A stretch of DNA of 64,000 bases, taken from Octopus vulgaris (taxonomy: Eukaryota). Of this stretch, positions 1 through 14,575 are shown piece by piece. A model generated the notes under the pieces. The model ran no database searches, was not told the DNA's origin, and saw only the letters and a program-made list of their open reading frames with translations. The position numbers were made by a program, and so were the translations under genes. Within the stretch, counting starts at the first letter, position 1, and each line of letters opens with the position of its first letter. The stretch lies in NCBI GenBank assembly GCA_951406725.2, contig OX597830.1:47182001-47246000 (forward strand). The letters run 5' to 3'.

Positions 1-36
1 AGTGTGTGTTTGTGGGTGCACATGTATGTGTGTGTG

Positions 37-74
<38 letters not shown>

Positions 75-167
75 TGTGAATGTTAAGGAGAGGGGGTTAG
101 ACCGAAACGAAGAAAACGAAAGGGAAAAATATGAGAATAGGTAAGTAGGAACTTGTAAGAGAAGAAA

Positions 168-216
<49 letters not shown>

Positions 217-436
217 TGTGTATGTGTGTGTGTGTGTGTAAGAATGGGAAAGGAAATATAAAAGGAGGCGAGCAGTTTGGATCGAGAGAGAGAGGGGGAG
301 AAGAAGAGAGGAAGCTTCTAGAGAAAGTGTGTGAAGTAACTGGAGAAATAGTGAGAGAAAAATGAAAGTGAAAGACGAGAAAAAGAGGAAGGGTAAAAGA
401 GTGGTGAAAGAGGAAGAAGGAAAGATGCAGAAAAGC

Positions 437-488
<52 letters not shown>

Positions 489-2010
489 ATAGAAGGTAGA
501 GGAAATAAATAGGGAGGTGAAGAAAAGAGAGTGAGAGATGCAAAAGAGAGAAAGTGAGGGTGTGTGGGGTTTGTGTGTGTGTGTAGGTTGGTGAGTTAGT
601 GTGTGGCTGCGAGAAAGAAGAAAAAAGAAGAAGAGGAGGACATTAATTTTAGTTAAAGAAAGAGATAAAGAGAGAGAAACGTTCATAAAATACTAGAGGT
701 GAAGAGGACGAAAGAGAGAAGCACTGAAAGGTGTGTGTGTGTGTGTATTTAGATATATATATATATATAAGAAGAGAGAGAGAGAAAGAGAGAGAGAGGG
801 GGAGAAGATAGTCCACGAAGCAGTGGGCGGCCACAATGAAAGCGAATAAAGGAAGAACTCTAATAGATGGGTTAGTGTGCGGGTGGATGGGTTATGTATA
901 TGAGTATGTGTGTGAGAGAAAAGGAGAGAGAGGGAGGGAGAGAAAGGGAAAGAGAGGAAGAGAGAGAGGAGGATAGAGGGGAGAGAGAATGTACCTGTGC
1001 ATAAGATTTGAGTGTGGCAATGTAGGTGTGTTTAATAAAAAGTAAAGGATCGAATGGAGTCGACTGAGGTGGAGATTTACAAGGAAATAAATATTGAAAC
1101 GATAAAGGATGAGGAGAGAAACTAAGACACAGTGTGTGTGTGCGTGTGTGTGTGGAATATATATGCAAATAAAAGGAGGATGAAGAACGAGAGAGAGAGA
1201 GAGATAGAGAGAGAGAGAGTGAGGGTGACAAAGTGAGAGAGAGATTTGCCTTTGATCCTATGTAGAATGGAGTTATATGATTATATACGGTTTAAGACAG
1301 GGAGCCAGAGGAGGGGAGAAGGAAATAACGGGAAGAGGGATGTGGATAAAAATGGGGGGGATAGACATAATGAAGATGGAGAAGAGAGAGAGAGAGAGGG
1401 TGAGAGAGGAAGAGTGAGAGAAGGGAAGAATGAGAGAGAGTAATTGTGTGAGAGGGAGAGTGAAAGAGAGAGTGTGTCTGAGAGAGAGGGAGTGTGTTCC
1501 TCTGTGTGTGTGTGTGTGTTTAGCTGCTTTTTAGCGATTGGCCAGCTTTGATCGGGCGGTTCTATGACGAAATATGTTCCAAACGTGACCATCTCGTATA
1601 TTTGGATATCAAAGGCTCCATTAACTAATATGTGTTCCTTAATTAAAACGGAAGTGAGAGAGTTTAGGAATATTTCGAACGATTTTATAGTTGTATTATG
1701 TAGAGTAAAGGACGACGTATGTGCAAATATTTTGAGGGTGAACGAGAAAGGGAAAGGGAAAGAAAGAAAGAGAAGGGACGAGGAATCTCGATGACGAACG
1801 AGGGCTTATGGAAAAAGGAGAGAAGGGAAAAACAAGAGAAAAAGGAGTAATTAGGGACAGTGATGAGAATGGTGAAAAATAAGAGAAAAGTCGATAATTA
1901 CTTGAAGGCAAATATATAAGTAACAATGAGTGGGAAGAAAGAGGAGATGGGAATTAAGAGAAGAAAGAAAAAAAATAAGAGATGCTAAAGTGTGAGAAAA
2001 ATTAGAGGAA
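1..2010. repeat. Purine-rich low-complexity region with (GA)n and (GT)n microsatellites
   Basis: Long GA/AG runs and GT tracts; the ORFs here translate to SLSL/ERER/THTH repeats. Confidence 0.9.
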
Positions 2011-2259
2011 AAAGACATCGTGTAATTAGCGAATAATACGGAGAAATAATTTCCTTATATATAAATACATTTTATACTGGCTTCTAGGTTTAAATGCGTG
2101 TATATAAGTAGGAGTGTACATACGTATATTTGGTTCTAGGTAGGATGAACACAAAAAGTACTCCATCCGCTAAGAGATGAGTATCACTGACTAGACACAA
2201 TTTACAAAAGAACTACAAATAGTTTCATACTATAGAGATACAATAAATTGTCGGATTTA

Positions 2260-3000
2260 TATAAAATGCCATGTACTCCAAGCAATATTTCGTTTCCGTT
2301 AAGGTAACGTGAAGAAACAAAATCCATCCAGTGAGAGTATTGCAGTTGGCAAAAATGGCGAGAATCGAGTCTCTGATCCTGAATCACCAACTTAAATGGT
2401 CAGTAATCTTGTCCGTTCAGAGGACATTCGCATGGCAAAACAGGTTTTGTACAGGGAGTTGGAGCAAGGAAAATGTCTCAAGTGTAAGCTACGCATACGT
2501 TTGAAAAACAATCTTAAAGACACACTTAAAATAATCAATGGTGATACCAACACCTGAAAAGATCTTGCATCAAATAAGGAGCTGTGGAGGAATCGGCTTG
2601 CTACAAGGGTTAAAGAATTCGAGAACGACAGAGTTGCATAGACTGAGTTGATGCACGCTGCTAAATATATGGAGGATGTGAAGCTTCTTTCTTGTGAAGG
2701 ACACGAAACAGTCTTTGACCAGTGTGATCGTGTCTGCTTCTCAAAGACAGGCCTACTCAGTGTCGTCACGGAGGCGATTCCGTCTACCAACGTCATGTCA
2801 GGTGTATTCTCTCGGGCACCTTGTGTAGCAGGGTGTATGGGTCGGTCAGTGGGTTTGCTCGCCATTGTAACTTTCAACACTCAGTCGGTCAGGCTTCTGC
2901 TGGTGGTGGTGGTGGTGGTGCTAACTTGCGGTCAGTGCAGAATGACCTGTAAGTCCCTTGCAGGCCTTAGGGGGCCATATGAGACGTCATCGGCGATAGG
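2260..3000 (+). mobile_element. Degenerate RTE-clade LINE, 3' part of ORF (post-RT region and terminal C2H2-like motifs)
   Basis: Broken translation RIESLILNHQLKW..LVRSEDIRMAKQVLYRELEQGK..LKDTLK..DLASNKELWR..KEFENDR..CDRVCFSKTGLLS and CGQCRMTCKSLAGLRG(H)MRRH, matching the RTE/BovB-like C-terminus; stops and frameshifts present. Confidence 0.75.
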
Positions 3001-3097
3001 AAGTCCAATGTTCTTTAGAGTGAAATAAATTCAGGAAGTAGTCTTACTCGTCATGAGTCGACTTCCACCACACACACACACACTTATATATATATAT

Positions 3098-3220
<123 letters not shown>

Positions 3221-3244
3221 CATATACATATGTATGTATAGAAA

Positions 3245-3498
3245 AAAGGATCATGCGTCCTTCCTGAGTTCAAAAGTTCGGCTTCTGTCCAGATAATGTG
3301 ACGCATATATCCACAATCCACCTAGACGGAACGCCGGTCTGTCGCAGGATTACTCGTTTCCACAAGCTGAGGGGACTGAAGCAAGATGAAATGAAGCGTT
3401 TTGCTCAAGAACACAACGCATTGCCAGGTCTAGGAAACGAAACCACAATCTTACGGTCATTGGTGCAACACGCTAACCACTGATCTACGCACCTCCAC
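3245..3498 (-). mobile_element. tRNA-derived SINE, family A (GTGGAGGYGC head)
   Basis: Reverse strand begins gtggaggtgcgtagatcagtggttag (A box) ... ggtttcgtttcc (B box); homologous to 6691-6948. Confidence 0.8.
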
Positions 3499-4194
3499 TA
3501 TATAAGTGCTTACATGTATGTGTGTGTACCTAAACCATAGCCGTCGCTTGTGAGCAAATATGATTTGAGGGCATGGTGCATGATTCTGCAAATTGTTTTA
3601 AGGGTTTCTTTAATCGTGACATTGTACAAACACCCTTTTGGCCCTCCCGGTCGTCTCCAAGCCCAACATCGAAGCTGGAAAGAACGATCGTTATGACAGC
3701 CCTAAGCCTGAACACTTTTCAGAAGTAGAGACAGGAGCAACATAAAATGAACGGCCTCAATCAAGGACACAATCCTCCCTCACACTTCGGTCGGCGTGAG
3801 GCTGTAGCAGAAGACACTTGCCTAAGGTGCCACGCAATGGGACTGAACCCAGGACCATGAGAGTGTATACATGCATTTATATTTATGCATATATATGAAG
3901 ACTTGTGAATTGATAGATGCATATATATTAAGCATCATCAGCCATGCTCCGAGTTCAAAACAGGTCGAGGGGTCAACTTTGCCCTTGTCCTTTGGGAATC
4001 TAAAAATAAAGTACCAGTGTTAAGCAGCAGGATCGATCCTTCTCACTCGCTCTCTGCCTCTCTCCTGTGTGGGGTGGGGTGGGGGTGGATATGCGTGTAT
4101 GTATGTATGTATGTATATATGTATGTATCTGTGTATATAATTTAATGTACACATTTTAAGGATACGAGCTATTAATAATTGCTTGCTTTGGAGA

Positions 4195-5084
4195 CACAGA
4201 TCTAGCTAGGTTTTTGAAGAAAATCCTGCATTATCAGTTGAAGAATTGGCAATAAAGCTTAGTTGAAACCATACAGCTATTCATCGCCATCTTCAACAAC
4301 TTGGAAAGGTTCCTAAACTTGGAAAATGAATGCCTCATGAATTGTCCGAAAGCAACTGCAAATCCTGAGTTGATATCTGCTCTTCTCTCCATTCTCGCGA
4401 ACTCATTTCACCCTTTTTGGATAGACTTGTGACTGGTGACGAAAAATGTATCTTCTATCGGAATGTTAAACGTCGTAAACAGTGGCTTGGTAAAAGGGAA
4501 AAAGCTCAACCACAACCGAGAAGGGAACTTCATGGGGAAAAGGTTCTCTCTATCTGGTGAGATTGCAAAGGAGTAATTCACTTTGAATTGTTACCACCTA
4601 ATGCAACAAGTCAATGCTTAAGTCTACTGTCAGCAATTAGAACGTTTGAACCAAGCTCTGAAGAAAAAAAGACCCGCTTTAGTGAATCGAAAAGGAGTGA
4701 AGTTACATCAGGACAATGTGCAACCCCACACTGCAAAGATCACATCACAGAAGATCGAAGAGCTTGGTTGGGAAAAATTCCTCATCCACCTTATTCTCCC
4801 GACCTTGTTCCTTCAGACTACCATTTGTTTCGTAGTTTACAGAATCATTTGGGGGACATAATTTTCTCAAGCCAGGAGGAGGTCGAAACTGACATTTCAG
4901 AGTTCTTCGCTTTGAAACTAAAAGAGTTTTACATTGATGGGATTAAAAAGCTTGTAAATAGATGGAAGTAAGTCATAGATAATCAGGGAAAATACATTGA
5001 TGATTAAATTTCAATTAAATATAACATTTGATCAGTTGTTTTCTTTATTCAAAATTCGGACAAAATTTATGGGATGACCTGATA
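4195..5084 (+). mobile_element. 5'-truncated mariner transposon remnant (transposase pseudogene plus right TIR)
   Basis: Motifs VTGDEK, HQDN and HPPYSPDLVPSDYHLFRSLQNHL; several stops and frameshifts; ends in aatttatgggatgacctgata, resembling the TIR of 19075-20277. Confidence 0.92.
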
Positions 5085-5264
5085 CATACCAGTCCATACA
5101 CATTCACTCATGCATGCAAATGTTTCGCATAGACGCATGTAAGCACATTCACACTGATGTCGTTGTATGGAAGACTAAGGATTAGATGTGTATGTGTGTA
5201 TATCCATGTGCGTGCATGCGTGTGTGTGTGGTGTGTGTGTGTGTAAGTGTGCGTCTGCACATAT

Positions 5265-5880
5265 TCTTTTATTTGCTTCAGTCATTTAACTGTGGCCATG
5301 CTGGAGCACCGCGTTTAGTCGAGCAAAGCGATCTCAGAACTTATTCACTTTAAACCTAATACTTATTCTATCTGTTCCTTTCGCCGAACCGCTAAGTTAC
5401 GGGGAGGTAAACACACCAGCATCGGTTGTCAGGCAATGTTGGGGGACAAACACGGACACACAAACATATAGACATACATACATACCACATATATATATAT
5501 ATATATATACATATATACGACGGGCTTCTTTCAGTTTCCGTCTACCAAATCCACTCACAAGGCTTTGGTCGGCCCGAGGCTATAGTAGAAGACACTTACC
5601 CAAGTTGTTACGCAGTGGGACTGAAACCGGTTGGTAAACAAGCTACTTTATTTCATAAATTGGCCATACAGCCTTACAAAGATGTAGCTGTGGCCTAGAC
5701 AAACACACAAATGATAATGGAATGAAAAAAATGAAAAAGTGACTGGTGGGCGAAGCAGACAACGCCCGTCGATTGCTGCTTCCCGTAAACATTCTTTTTC
5801 TCAGCAACACAAAATGAGGTATTGAACCTCTTATCAAAGTTTAAAGAATGGACGCAAGCTACTTACCACACAGCCACCCT
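5265..5880 (-). mobile_element. tRNA-derived SINE, family B, interrupted by a 206-bp insertion (5649-5854)
   Basis: Reverse complement of 25038-25455; caagctactt is duplicated at 5639-5648 and 5855-5864 around the insert. Confidence 0.85.
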
Positions 5881-5919
5881 TACACATATATATGTATGAA
5901 TTAATATTCTAAAATTATG

Positions 5920-6100
5920 CACTCTCAGAGTGGTTGGCATTAGGAAGAGCATCCAGCTGTAGAAACCGTGCCAGATCAGATTGGAGCCTGGTGCAGCCAT
6001 CTGGCTCGCCAGTCCTCAGTCAAACCGTCCAACCCATGCCAGCAGGGAAAGCGGACGTTAAACGACAATGATGATGATGATGAGGATGATGATGATGATT
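5920..6100 (+). mobile_element. Retroposon 3' end with (GAT)n tail
   Basis: tggttggcattaggaagagcatccagctgtagaa...cggacgttaaacgac followed by (gat)n, typical of a SINE/LINE tail. Confidence 0.6.
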
Positions 6101-6412
6101 ATACTAACCATTATACTAGAAAGTATATAAAGATTTATTCTTACTACTCAGCTTACTGGCACCCGTAATAAAACGAAGAGAAATGACTATGAACAACAGC
6201 CTTTTATTATTATTATTATTACTCGTGTTTTGCTTCAAAGCACTGAATGTCAAACTAACGAATTTAGTTTTCTGTTTTATTGATGATCAAATAATATTGA
6301 TTTCAGTTGATTTTAGTGCATTTCTTTAAAACAGTTATTATTAGCTTTACTCTTGGTTCTCACCGTAAAATATTTCCTTTCCAAAATTAAGCAAAGCAAC
6401 CTATCTGCCACT

Positions 6413-6446
<34 letters not shown>

Positions 6447-6690
6447 GTCTTTTTCTCCTTCTGTGTGTGTGCGTGCGCGTGTGCGTGCGCGTGTGCGTGC
6501 AAACATAATGTATTCGAAATACGTATGCACACAGATATGTTCATAAATTCACATACAGATATATTTATATATGTATATACATACATACATGTACAAAATA
6601 TGGGGGTTTTGTTCACAGGCGATGTTTGCCTTGTGTTAACTTTTGTTGTCCTCTTTAATAATTATATATACATACATACATACATATTAT

Positions 6691-6948
6691 GTGGAGGCGC
6701 GTGGCTTAGTGGTTAGGGTGTCAGTACTATGATCGTAAGATTGTGGTTTCGATTCCTGGACCGGGCGACGTGTTGTGTTCTTGAGCAAAACACTTCATTT
6801 CACGTTGCTCCAGTCCACTCAGCTGGTAAAAATGAATAACGCTGCGATGGACTGGCGTCCCGTCCAGCTGGGGAACACATACGGCATTGAAACCGGGAAA
6901 CCGGGCCCATGAGACTGGCTAGGCTTTAAAAAGGGCGCATTTATTCAT
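6691..6948 (+). mobile_element. tRNA-derived SINE, family A
   Basis: gtggaggcgcgtggcttagtggttag (A box), ggtttcgattcc (B box), body with gcgatggactggcgtcccgtccag. Confidence 0.85.
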
Positions 6949-6974
6949 TTTGTCTTACATATATATATATATAT

Positions 6975-7699
6975 AAAAGCCAAAAAAAAAAAAGCAACAA
7001 GAATGGATCGGTAGTTTAGTACAATTGTTTCATACTATAAACATTTTATTTAAAGCTGCAAATATTACAGCAAATATAATGTCAAGTATTCATCAGCTAA
7101 TGCACATATAGGTTTTCCAAACATCTTAGAGAGTGTAAATATCCTTATGAAGTTATAGGAGGGAGTTCCATGAATTTGAAGTAAGATTCCAAGCAGACTA
7201 TAGAATTTTGTCTGCAACAGTTAGATGCGAACTTAACCGTGGTATGACCAGCATCTTTCCTCATGTCTCTTGGAACTTATATCCACATCTTTATGAGTAT
7301 ATTTATCTTCTCTGTGATGTTAATAATCAATTTAAAAACTTTGTATTGTTGGAAAACATATATAGTCTGCTTGGAATCTTACTTCAAATTCATGGAACTC
7401 ACTCCTATAACTTCATAAGGATATTTACACTCTCTAAGATGTTTGGAAAACCTATATGTGATTTAGCTGATGAATACTTGACATTATATTTGCTGTAATA
7501 TTTGCAGCTTTAAATAAGATGTTTATAGTATGAAACAATTGTACTAAACTACCGATCCATTCTTGTTGCTTTTTTTTTGCTTTTTTCTTGGTTATAATCA
7601 CCCCACATAATTTTATGGTTAATACCATAGAGAATTCTGGTGCATCTAAGTTAAGTACCATATTCATTTGAATTCATTTGAATCTTGATTGTTTTGCTG

Positions 7700-7702
<3 letters not shown>
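6975..7702. repeat. Fold-back cassette between (TA)n tracts: inverted arms 6975-7202 and 7361-7584, spacer about 158 bp
   Basis: Arms are reverse complements with only a few differences; (TA)n on both sides; right arm continues to 7702. Confidence 0.92.
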
Positions 7703-7758
<56 letters not shown>

Positions 7759-7765
7759 ATATATA

Positions 7766-8072
7766 TCACGTGATCACGTGACCGACCAGACCATCAGATG
7801 TTGTTACACATCGCTGGTCACAATGCGTTCGCATTGTTTTAGCCTTCGAATGACGCCACCCCGCTGGCTAAGCGAGCAGGCTAATAGAAGAAAGAGTGAG
7901 AGAAAGTTGTGGTGAAAGAGTACAGCAGGGATCACCACCCCCTGCCGGAGTCTCGTGGAGATTTAAGGCATTTTCGCTCAATAAACACTCACAACGCCCG
8001 GCATGGGAATCGAAACCGCGATCCTACGACCGCGATTCCGCTGACCTAACCACTGGACCATTGCGCCTCCAC
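7766..8072 (-). mobile_element. tRNA-derived SINE, family A head with a different body (A2)
   Basis: Reverse begins gtggaggcgcaatggtccagtggttagg...ggtttcgattccc; highly similar to 14576-14888. Confidence 0.88.
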
Positions 8073-8089
8073 ATATATATATATATATA

Positions 8090-8171
<82 letters not shown>

Positions 8172-8297
8172 TGTGTGTGTATGTGTGTGTATGCATGTAT
8201 ATAGTTGCATACATACGCTACGCACACACACATATATATATAGTGCTCCAGTATGACCGCAACCGCATGGATGAAGTGAATAAAACAATGAAAGAAA

Positions 8298-8353
<56 letters not shown>

Positions 8354-8830
8354 CTTAGTAGTTGCGCCGACGCAGATCTCTCTATTAGCAAATGGTCCGT
8401 TGATAACCAGAAATCAACACGAGTTTATTGTTCAAGTAAAACCTAATGAAGTGAATAATTAATTAAATATTTATACATTAATAAGTCTTAAACTAGCTCC
8501 TCTCAGCTGGCAAAACCGATTGTCTAACCATGTCTAAGATGCTTTCTCCACAATATATTATGTAAGAGCGATCCATTTCAACCCCATACTGCTAACCCTC
8601 ACAAATGTTGCAGCTGATGAATACGTAATGTTGAAGACATCTCCATCAATCACCAAGATTTTCTCAGACAACAAACATCAATTTCCGTTTTCACTTTCTT
8701 CAGTTGATTCCGCTCAAGCTGGCAGACATGAAAGGATGGAGACTGTTTTGTTCTTCATCCGAGTTTTTGACGCACTGACCCAGACATTCCTACTTAGACA
8801 GTCATATGGACAAGAAGTATCGAATAATCT

Positions 8831-8964
<134 letters not shown>

Positions 8965-9004
8965 CTGTCGTGTTCACAAAGATTGGACAGAGTAGTTAAT
9001 TAAT

Positions 9005-9203
9005 CCCTTCTATGATAGGCCCGAGGCCTGGAGTTTGGGGGAATGAGGCTAGTCGATTGCATCGACCCCAGTGTTCAACTGCTACTTAATTTATTGACCC
9101 TGAAACGATGAAAGGCAAAGTCGACCTGGGCGGAATTTGAACTCAGAACGTAAAGACAGACGAAGTAACAATAAGCATTTCGCCCGGCGTTCTAATGATT
9201 CTG
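9005..9203 (-). mobile_element. SINE family C (GGCGGCGAGCTGGCAGAA head), partial
   Basis: Shares gatgaaaggcaaagtcgacc..ggcggaatttgaactcagaacgt with the copies at 17025, 27903, 28141, 36812, 51030 and 57486. Confidence 0.85.
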
Positions 9204-9622
9204 GGTAAACATGTAAATGATATAAGCGTGAATCTAATGTTCATAATGTCGAATTCCTACGAAGAATGTTTTGATTTTTTACAAATAATTCAATTAAAAT
9301 TTCAAAATTTAGTTCTGTCCCAAGGTTTGGTAAAATGAGCTAATAACAAACTCTTTTGGTGTTATAATGTGTGTTCAGAGAAACTATTTTATGATATGTA
9401 TGATATAAAATATTATATAAGTAACCTAATATTCTGTTATGTTCCAAAGTAAGTGTAAATCGCTGCATTGAAAGATTTTATACTTTGCGTTGGATAATTT
9501 AGCTGAATATAGAAATTTTATACGCGCATACATGCATACATACATAATAAACACACACACAGACTCACGCACATACACACTCACACACACAGACGCACAC
9601 TCTCAGATAGATGGATAAATAG

Positions 9623-9734
<112 letters not shown>

Positions 9735-9755
9735 GTATGTGCATATGAATATAGT

Positions 9756-9960
9756 GAGAATTTACAAAAAAAGAAACAAAAGACGAAGACGGGTGTGTAA
9801 ACAACAAACATGTGTATTAGTTTAACGCTCGGGAAGCTAGAAAGTCTTTTACGTTTCGAGCCTACGCTCTTCAGCAGAAAGGAACACAGAAATAAACAGA
9901 GAGACAAAATAGAAAATAGAAAGAGAAAATAGAAAATGTTTAGTGGTTAGCGATCTGTCA
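9756..9960 (-). mobile_element. Short dispersed element (about 200 bp) with a minimal HHR-like motif at 9846-9881
   Basis: Reverse: cttt CTGCTGA a gagc gtag gctc GAAA cg T A aaag; homologous to 17290-17440 and 48440-48645. Confidence 0.75.
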
Positions 9961-11116
9961 TGGCGAATGTATATATGTGTTTGTGTATATGTATGTATGC
10001 ATGTATGTATGTATGTATGTATGTATGTATGTATGTATGTATGTATGTATGTATGTATGTATGTATGTATGTATGTATGAATTTATGTATGTACGTATGT
10101 ATGTATCTATGTATGTACGTATGTATGCATGTACTGGAATGGGATAGCTTACCTCATGGGCAGGTAGAAGCTCTTTAACCTTGGTTGGTAATCTAACTAG
10201 GCGAAGGAAATCTCTGAAATAAAACCTGAGGCCTTGAAAGTTCCTGGTTTTGTCAATTTTCATGTTACACTGGCGAAAGTCTTCTTCGGCCAATAGGTGG
10301 GGGTAGTGCAGTGCAAGCTGCACCCACTGAAAACTATTCATCTGCACAGGTACTTCCTGTATATCAAATCTTAGTAAAATCACTGAATTTGTTGGTTGGC
10401 AGAAACCTAAAAGTGCACTTGTAACTTACTCTAAAATGTCTCAATCTATGTGGGTCTCTTTTCAGAACATTGTCTGGTTTAAAAAGCCACATCAGATGCC
10501 ATGATGGTGCTAAGGTGTAGGTGGGTCAAACTCTTGTTAAGGAGTAGACAACCACCATGTATGTATGTATATACACACACGCCTACACACACGCGCATAC
10601 ACACACGCATATACACATATTATGGGTTGAAAATTAACCATAAAAATAATGATGTGGAAATCAAAATCAAAATGAAGTGAAATTATTAATTTTGACCTTT
10701 GTTGAAAGAAGTAGTTTGATTGATGACTTACGCATTTTTTCAGGAAACTAAACTGGGGGGAAAAGTTAAGGAAAAGAACAAAACGGGAAAATACATTTTG
10801 GTCCCGTCAGTTCATGCTGAAAATGGTCCGAGGTTAGAATAACTTGAAGATAAGTGAAGATATTTCATGCATAAGAACATACGAGAGCAACAAGGGAGGG
10901 AACTGTGAGTCAATGTGTATGATCCGTGTGTGAGAATGTGCTGATATGCATATCTGTTCGTATTAAGGCGTCTAAAGGCGTGTTTCAGGAGATAGCTTGT
11001 AAATTGTAAACTATGAAGTGTGTATATGTGTGTATGTAAGTGTGTACATGTGTGTGTGTGTTGTACGTGAAAGCTTTTTGGCTTATATCTAATATGGTAT
11101 ATATGAGTGTGTATGT

Positions 11117-11176
<60 letters not shown>

Positions 11177-11664
11177 GTGCCTTGGTGCACGAATGTGTTT
11201 TGTGTTTCGATTCGTGTGTGTGTGTAGCTTGTAAATATTTTTGATGAAATTTTCTACTAATAAGTTTCAAATGGCATAAAGTACAATTATGTCGAAATTT
11301 AATGTGACAAAAATCGGGGTGTGGTCGGAGAAGTCACACACCTTGATTTTGTTTCCTCATACCTTTCAATGAGGTTTGTAAATTATCCGCCCAACCCCAT
11401 TTTTTTTTCAACATTAAATTCCGATATGATCATAACGTATAACCAATTAAAAATATATATCTTGAAAGTTTCCTAAAAACATCTGTTTTTCATAACATTA
11501 TGAAGAAAAACATTTGAGGAACACACATCTGTAATTATTTCGATAAACTGGAGACTTTTACGTGATTAATTCAACATAATATCCGATTTCTTCATAAATC
11601 TCAACAATAGTTCGTGCTTGGAATTATTCTAAATCAGTCATTAAGCGACTTAGTACAATTAGAC

Positions 11665-12360
11665 CAGTGGTTCTCAATTTTATATTTCGTGGGGCCCCTC
11701 TTTTAAGTAGCTGTTATGGCTAGCGCCCACCTTGATTGCCGATGTGGGGTGTCACAACTAAACTAACTTAATACGGATGATAATTTCTAAATTTTACTCT
11801 AAAAATGGATTGTATAAGCTTTTTAAAAGTGAAAGGATGAAAAAAGTTAATAAAGACAATAATTGTAAATTTACTTTATCCCTTGCAAGTCCATGACTTC
11901 ACTGGGCCTGATGAGATCTCATTTTATTTTAATAACCACTAGCAGTATCGCCCGGCGTTGCTCGGGTTTGTAAGGGAAATAACTATATAAGCATTTTTAG
12001 AGAGTTACTTCCTTTATATAACCCGAGCAAAAATCATTAAAAATGCGGAAAAATGATGGTAATTTTTTTTAAAATCGTAGACTCATTGTAGACGCGCGCT
12101 AATACACAGAAGGGCTCGATATGAATGACGACTATAAGATACCCGCTTTTGGTTAAACTGCACCGCAAAATGTGGGAGTAGTTGGGAATCTAAATCGGAG
12201 GAGACAGAGTCTCACACACACAACTTCAATTTTATATATAAAGATTACGAGTTTTATCATGTAATTAGAACGACAGGCAAAATTTATTGTGTTGATTATA
12301 CTACCTCACCGCTCCCTAAAGCCTAACGCCTCCTTCGACATGCCCAACTTAGAACATCTG
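11665..12360. mobile_element. hAT (Charlie-like) non-autonomous element with a nested Helitron
   Basis: Imperfect TIRs cagtggttctcaa / ttagaacatctg; near-perfect 8-bp TSD aattagac (11657-11664) / tattagac (12361-12368). Confidence 0.65.
11939..12244 (-). mobile_element. Non-autonomous Helitron
   Basis: Reverse: 5' TC, subterminal hairpin cccgagcaacgccggg, 3' CTAG; inserted between A and T with no TSD; near-identical to 39120-39419. Confidence 0.88.
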
Positions 12361-12650
12361 TATTAGACGAATAAAGGATACAAAGGAAAATGAGATGCAG
12401 AAAGATCACAGAAATTCAGAGACGAAAGTGTGAATGTTATCTAGCCACAGAGCAGAAAACCACCCGGAAGGCGGTCTCCCTGTTACTGTATAAAATGTCA
12501 GATATATGCATCCCTATACACACATATGTGTGTGTGTATACATGCATACATACACACTAATATATATACATTTAATTATTTATATTTGTATATATCTATA
12601 ATGCTTAAAAGGCTAACTAAATGTATGTTTACATGAGTATATAAATATGC

Positions 12651-12688
<38 letters not shown>

Positions 12689-12835
12689 ATATATACATAC
12701 GTACATACATTTATACCTCTTTATATATGCATACATGTGTGTAATACATGTATGTCTTGAGTGTATGTATGTTTAAATGTAAAATAAAGCTACGCCTACA
12801 TATACATACATACATACATACATACATACACACGC

Positions 12836-12890
<55 letters not shown>

Positions 12891-13000
12891 CACACACACA
12901 TATATATATGTATATATATATATATGTATATATATATAATGTACTGTTCTGTGGTGGTAAGATATGTATATGCATCTTTAAATATACATGTACACGTATA

Positions 13001-13081
<81 letters not shown>

Positions 13082-13874
13082 AGCGAGAAAAAGAAAGAGA
13101 TATGGACTTGGTGGAAAATGGTGGGTTTGAATGACAGGGAACAGTGGTTTGACGGAGAAAGAGATGAAAACATTATTGTGAATCTTAATGAAGACATTGC
13201 GAGTCTCTCTCTCTGTGTTTATGCGTAAGTATACACGTATGCGCCCAAGAAATCTTTTATACACACACACACATACACACACGCACAAAAACACACAAAC
13301 ACATACACACACGTATAGATATAAAAATATATACATATATATATATATGTATATTTTTGCATGTATGCATGCATGTATGTATGTATGTATGCGTATGTAT
13401 ATATATTTATACACACACATGCATTTACATACAGACATGAGTATGCTTGAGTGTATGTGTAATACATATAGATACACACATCTATTCGTTCGCCTATTTT
13501 TGTCATTAACTGGATTCCACGCTCTCCACCTCCCCTACACATGTATGTTCGCATGTATGTATATGCACAGCAGAGCACTTACGCTCCTATCTCTGCGTGT
13601 ATATACATATGTACATCTCTATGTTAGTATTATTTGCGCACAAATTTTATTCCTATTAGTACTTGTATGTGTATTCTTATCTCCATCTTCCACTGTATCT
13701 ACATTTCAAACTTTATCAATCTCAACATATATTCTCGTTCTCAACTGCTGTAATATAATAATGCAAAAAAAGCATACAATACACGCACATAAATATATAC
13801 ATTTAAATTATATCTATACATATATATATACATGTATGCATCTATATAAATGTGTATATATATATGTGTGTGTG

Positions 13875-13952
<78 letters not shown>

Positions 13953-14575
13953 TGTATGTATATGTATATATATATATACATATATATACACATATATATA
14001 TGTATACACATGTATAGATGTATGTATAGGTATATATATATGTGTATATATATATATAAATAAATATAAATAAATATATATATAAATAAATAAATATATA
14101 CATATATATATATATAAATAAATATATATGTATATATATATATAAATAAATAAATATATATGTATGTATATATGTATTACAAAGGTTCTTGAGATTTTGT
14201 GATAAATAAGAAGTGCTAGGTCAACGAAAACAAAATATAACAAAATATATTTTCGAAAAATGCTTCTTGTCTCCAGCGTAATAAATATGCGTGTCATTTT
14301 GTGAGATGTTATGATTTTACAAAAATTTTAACATTAAAGATATTTCTGGATAATGCGCAGTACCACCATAAGTAGGTTGTCTTTTAAATATGAAGAAGCG
14401 AAGATAATGACAAAGCAATGATTAACACTTTGAAATGAAAATCGTTTATTTGGAGAATTGGTTCAGCTGTTTAGATTGCTTATTTTCAAACAAACTTAAT
14501 GCCAGAGTGCGTTCTGAATCATCATAAACAACAATATGGCTGAAGCGCTACTTGGCTGCCCTATATAAACAATAT

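Noticed and set aside
6691-6765. tRNA genes at SINE heads (also 25038, 8072, 14888, 17178)
   Set aside because: A/B boxes are present but run into SINE bodies, and there is no complete cloverleaf.
8355-8830. Possible LTR-element 3' fragment between TA tracts
   Set aside because: Only vague similarity; no paired LTR, PBS or clear motif.
12406-12485. Possible terminal exon on - (TGRPPSGWFSALWLDNIHTFVSEFL*); also an open segment at about 15425-15549
   Set aside because: Only an AG and a short open frame; no S1 motif or other homology recognised.
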